NCBI RefSeq assembly: GCF_006345805.1
Contig: NC_043009.1
Span: 2,108,001 to 2,172,000, forward strand
DNA from: Octopus sinensis
Lineage: Eukaryota
DNA length: 64,000 bases
Direction: 5' to 3'
Below are positions 59,038 to 64,000 of this stretch, in pieces (position 1 is the stretch's first letter; each line of letters starts with the position of its first letter). The position numbers and the translations under genes are program-made. A model generated the notes under the pieces. It had not been told where the DNA came from. It searched no databases and saw only the letters and a list, made by a program, of their open reading frames with translations.

Positions 59038-59098
59038 ATCAGCTACGATCGTTTCGATGTTGAATAGGATTCACATATCAGATCTCCTCTTGGCTGAT
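59038..59098 (-). ncRNA. Degenerate hammerhead-like motif
   Basis: ATCAGC...GAAAC-GATC-GTA-GCTGAT: 6-bp stem I, palindromic ACGATCGT and a GUA triplet, but the core reads CAAGA (CTGAAGA lacking TG) and stem II is irregular. Confidence 0.35.
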
Positions 59099-59326
59099 AC
59101 AAGCATCAAAACAAAAAAGGAAATGCAAAAACAATCTAAAAGGAAATATCCCAACAGCCATATCTATAAATACTCACACATACTCACCACATACACACAC
59201 AATTTGTATATGTGTAGTTTGCGTGTGTGTATGTTGTATATGTATGTAATATATATGTATATATATATATGTGTGTGTGTTTATGTGTATATATGTTGGT
59301 GTGTATGTGTATATATATATATATAT

Positions 59327-59395
59327 CTTGCGTCTGCGTGTCTCTGTACTATATATATATATATATATATAGTTACAGAGACACGCAGACGCAAG
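59327..59395. repeat. Perfect 22-bp inverted repeat enclosing CT(AT)10AG
   Basis: CTTGCGTCTGCGTGTCTCTGTA / TACAGAGACACGCAGACGCAAG, 22 of 22 positions match. Confidence 0.95.
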
Positions 59396-59695
59396 GTGTC
59401 TGCTACAAACTTTGCCTCTCGCATATGTATACGTATCTCTGATTGTTATATAAAATAGTGTCTTAAGGTTATGGTGTAGCATTGTATGCGCCTGCGTGTT
59501 TAAATATTTGATAGTGATGTGTAAATTTAATATAAATATTTCGGACTGGGTTTGCGTAAACGAAATGCTATCGGAAAAAAAAAGATTTATTTTCTTCTGT
59601 AATTCTATACTCTATGCATTATTTTGAAAAATCCTGAAATAATCATGGTGAATAGAAAATAATTCCAAGCAATTGCTATACTGGAGCGTAGCAAC

Positions 59696-59737
<42 letters not shown>

Positions 59738-60662
59738 TATATATATGACCGAAATATAACCAACAAAACATGTTTTATCGAAATTTTTAGTTAGTGTGTG
59801 AAGGATACCATTGTGGCTTGTAAATATACATATTCTTATACGCAAGTAGTAAGAAATTGGCATATTCACTAGCTTTGTATGTTTATTTCGGTTCTCAATA
59901 TTACATAGACCACAAATATATTGGAGTGTGTAAGAATTATTGCTCTATTTAAAAATCATCATTTAATATGATAGATTTAGTTATTCAAAAAAAATCCTAG
60001 ATAAATGTCATTATACTTACGTTGAACCATTTTTTATAATATTCTCCATATGTAACTATGCGGATAATATCTAATTGTCAATTTATATTTATTAATCCGA
60101 TATAATCTCTGTCCGTCTGATTAACATTAAATATGACAGTTATTGGCTAGATAAGAGATTTCTGTAGACACGTTTCATATGGATACAAGTTTCATATGGA
60201 TATAAATTTCATAAACTGCGCTTGAATTCGTGGGTGTTAGTCATATTTATTTTCCAGTGATTTAAGTTATATTTATTAATCGGTATTGGCTGATAGTATG
60301 TTAACGCAATTTATTGGTGTCATTTAAATCATTCTCATTGAATTTACTTTCAAGATTTTCCTATATTTATGGTCACGAGAAAGAACGATCTTACAAGATA
60401 AAACAATCTTTTCCAATCAACTTACTTACATTGAAGGATGCGGTGGCTCAACCGTGTGCGTTTTTTAAGCATGTTTTGTTAACGGGCTGTGTATGCTTGT
60501 ATGGCGTAATTCTGCTTTTTTTCTGTAAATCGCTACTTTTCAATATACATTATCAATTGAGACAGTGATATATTTCTGAGCTGCTGCTCACAAAGAATGA
60601 GGGAAGACGGCTAAGAATGCGAGGAGGAGGGTTAAAATACACACACACACACACACACACAC

Positions 60663-60715
<53 letters not shown>

Positions 60716-61440
60716 CATATGCATATATACACACATACATGTACATGCCTACATAGATATGTATATAACATGCATATATGGGTACAGGAAGTAAAAGATA
60801 AAATGAACAAAATGAGAAACGGGAACGTAAAAAACAAAAGCATGGAAAACCAACTTTCTTTCGAACAACGAAAGAAACAAATACAGAAACGAGACGTGCA
60901 ACATAAAGAATATTCCCTTCATCAGTTGTTCCCTGTTTTATCTACTCCGCGTGACGAAGGTTAGGACAGGACGCGACTTCGTTAAAACAGCCCTTCTCGC
61001 AAAGAATATGAAATAAAATTTGGGATTTTTGCGGAGGGTTAAAGTCGTAGGAAAAGCAGGGCAGTAAGCACAAAACAATAACACAAACGGTGAGAGGTAT
61101 TAAGCCACAACGAAGTGAAATAGTGAACGCTGTAAAAACGAGATTTAAGGTTAATTGAAATCTCTCACACACTAGAAAAAAGCTTCTTCGCAAAAAAAGG
61201 TTAGTAAAAGATTTCATAACATTATTTTGGAAAAACCACCTTCACACTTCAAACCGCTATTAAGTAATTCCTATGGACTTTGAAATATATATTATATATA
61301 TATCCGTAGCCAGCGGGTGCGTCATTTGAAGGATAAAACAATGCGAGGCGCATTGTGACCAGCGATGTGTAGCAACATCTGATAGCCTGGGCGGTTCAAC
61401 ACGATGATATACTAATATATATATATATATTATATATTAT

Positions 61441-61487
<47 letters not shown>

Positions 61488-61608
61488 ATACTACTAATAG
61501 GATGAAGTTTTTATAGAAAAAATTTCATCAAAAAGTGGCGGCAGCATATTAAAATACATTTAAAGGTTAAAATTATAAACAACTTATAAACATGGGCAAA
61601 GGAAAAAT

Positions 61609-61648
<40 letters not shown>

Positions 61649-61677
61649 TTATATATGCATCACTTTTGAAGTATATT

Positions 61678-61983
61678 TCATATTTTGTCGTTTAAATTTC
61701 TCGTTATCTTTTCTGTTTTGGATGTTGTTTCAATTATGTGGTACCTTGTATATATTTTCCTGAGTTTATCTGCTTGTTGGCATCGGGTATTTCTGGATCC
61801 TAATGCGCCGACATCTCTATAGATTCCGCTGCTAACAGATTGAAAAGTGTTGTGGATTAAGTCGGAAACATACGAGCAAATTAGATTTGACATTCTTACT
61901 GAGTCACTGGTTCGACGCTTATCTAGAATAATTCTGTATTCTGTTATTTGAATCAAATGCGATTTTAAAAGAGCAGAATGCAT
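61678..61983 (-). mobile_element. Penelope-like element RT fragment (YRDDG-type), decayed
   Basis: SGIYRDVGALGSRNTRCQQADKLRKIY resembles GLYRDDGLA..N.SGPQADR.RK of aquatic-invertebrate PLE RTs. Confidence 0.6.
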
Positions 61984-62554
61984 ATTGTAGCGCGCATTAT
62001 TATTTCCATGTTGTTATCTATGATGACAAAACCAAAAAAAAAACAACAACACAAAGAGAAATGGTTTAGCTGAATCTAATGTTTCAAAAATAGAATCAGA
62101 TTTATAGGAAAGAAATCGCACTAATTCGTTGTGGCTCTCTTTTGGTTTATTATGAACGCTTTGAAAACAATTTGCTACTTCTGCGCGGTTGTTGCAAGAT
62201 ATTAAACAGAAACCTTTCTGAATTTTATCGTTAATTTAGTTTTTTAAAAAATACTGCTACTAATTCCTCATAGCTCTGTTTTCATCGCTCTTATGGCATT
62301 TGTTCTCGAATATTTATTGCGATTGTTTTGGGTCTATTATGATGATACAAGATTAGTGTAGGGGCAGAATCTCTGCTCTTTCAGTGTGAAATCGTTATGT
62401 ATTATTATATTCAAAAGTTTGTTGCCTGATAAGTTATACGTAGTGGCCTTTTGTAATTATGTGGTACTTATTAGTTACATACATACATATATACATACGC
62501 ACGTACACACACACACACACCACATACACATATATATATATATAATATATATAA

Positions 62555-63217
62555 CCAAAGAAAAATTTACGACCAAAAGCCTTACCATACATCTCCACAC
62601 ACAACCCTCTCAACACTAAAGCCTTCGACACCATCCTCCAAAACACTCCTGCTACAAAAAGACCACAGAATGAACTTAATCCTCCAAACACACACGATCA
62701 TAAAAAGCAAGAGACAGCCCAAATCCATGAAAAGTCTCCTAACACAAGCCCGAATACGTTCATCAACACAGAAGCCGACAGTAAAAAATGTGGAAGACCC
62801 AATTGCGGGATATGCGATTATCTAATTGAGGGATCAGAGTTCTCCTTCAAACAGGGACAACGGTTCACAGTGAAAAGCAATTTCACATGTGCTTCGGAGA
62901 ACCTGATGTACGCACTAACCTGCTCTGGGTGTCAAGAGCAACACATTGGTCAAACAAAAAATAGTTTACGTAAAAGAATGGCCCCGCACATATCCCAGAT
63001 AAAAATTCCCCAAAACAGAAAAATAGCATTCAGCCAACACATAAATATTTGCGCCAACAACAAAACTCCAAGCTTCAGGATTTTCCTCCTCTACCAATTC
63101 AGGGACGATACAACCTCGAGCCAACGAATAAATAAAGAAACTCTCTTTATTACAAAATACATGCACCTTCTGAACGCTTCTACGACAAACGATATATCCA
63201 CCTCAGCTTTAGAATAA
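62555..63217 (+). mobile_element. Penelope-like (Neptune-type) element 3' coding fragment: linker, CxxxxCxxC knuckle, GIY-YIG endonuclease
   Basis: LPYISTHNP..., frameshifted KSKRQPKSMKSLLTQA, KCGRPNCGIC, FTCASENLMYALTCSGCQEQHIGQTKNSLRKRMAPH. Confidence 0.9.
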
Positions 63218-63347
63218 CACAAATACACACGGAAATATAACGTTCCTAAAAATCCATTAAAATCAGCCCCAATCACAGCTATAATCCACAACGTGCCAAA
63301 TTTAAGTCATCCAACATCCCACTACTTCCACGAATTCATATTCTCCT

Positions 63348-63765
63348 TTCTTCTTCTTCTTCTTCTTCTTCTTCTTCTTCTTCTTCTTCTTCTTCTTCTT
63401 CTTCTTCTTCTTCTTCTTCTTCTTCTTCTTCTTCTTCTTCTCCCCCTTGTTCTTCTTCTTCTTTTTCTTTTTAACTTTACCACTAATACTTTTTAGTATA
63501 ACACCTACGCAAATTCTATAACAAACTTTTCAATAGAAATATTTTCAGTGTGAGCAGTGAAAAGCAGGAACTGCTGGCCACCCACTGACCACGACATTCA
63601 AGGCAATCCCAAATTCTTTCTCTCCTCTCCCCTTCTTTTCTTCTCTTCTTCTTCTTCTTCTTCTTCTTCTCTTCTTCTTCTTATCTTCTCTTCTTCTTCT
63701 TCTTCTTCTTCTTCTTCTTCTTCTTCTTCTTCTTCTTCTTCTTCTTCTTCTTCTTCTTCTTCTTC
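63348..63765. repeat. Two (CTT)n tracts interrupting the PLE 3' region
   Basis: Direct reading. Confidence 0.95.
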
Positions 63766-63916
63766 CCTACCAAGAATTCACATGGACCTTGAACCCACAA
63801 GAGAAAACAAGAGAGACAGAAACAAGGAAAATGCCACTTATATTTGAACACTATACAAATATTCTTTTAAAAAAACTTTTCTTTTAATTTTTCTAAATTT
63901 AATTATTTAATCGTTA

Positions 63917-63953
63917 CAGTTGAAATGGTCTCAAATGAACGAAACCGGTACTG
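63917..63953 (+). ncRNA. Degenerate hammerhead motif downstream of the PLE ORF
   Basis: CAG-[TTGAAAT, damaged core]-GGTC(TCAAAT)GAAC-GAAAC-CG-GTA-CTG. Palindromic ACCGGT, stem I CAG/CTG. Confidence 0.4.
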
Positions 63954-64000
63954 AAATGTTCTTTATAAAAATATATTAGCATTTTCTCTCTCTCTCTCTC

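Noticed and set aside
60880-60990. CTGATGAAGGG on the minus strand in a repeat-like island
   Set aside because: There is no GAAA after a stem II and no pairing stem I in any circular permutation.

Overview
Eukaryotic, AT-rich, microsatellite-saturated intronic/intergenic DNA, most likely an octopod cephalopod (inferred from the SINE families and repeat make-up). There is one 100-N scaffold gap. No recognisable conserved host gene is present; nearly all listed ORFs are translations of simple repeats. The window is a mosaic of three tRNA-derived SINE groups (about 25 copies or fragments), decayed non-LTR elements (R4/Dong, RTE, two Penelope-like fragments), a hAT transposase remnant, two pogo/Tigger-type MITEs and one complete non-autonomous Helitron. 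A few candidate exons were found by eye and are low confidence. Main hunt result: short unique islands inside the microsatellite tracts repeatedly carry minimal type I hammerhead ribozyme motifs (3 intact or nearly intact, 4 degenerate, 1 deleted), nearly all with a self-complementary stem III. One of them is the 3' half of a composite element: tRNA-like Pol III head + (AAT)n + hammerhead module + (GTAAATAAT)n tail, i.e. an apparent ribozyme-bearing SINE. All folds were done by hand and none was tested computationally.
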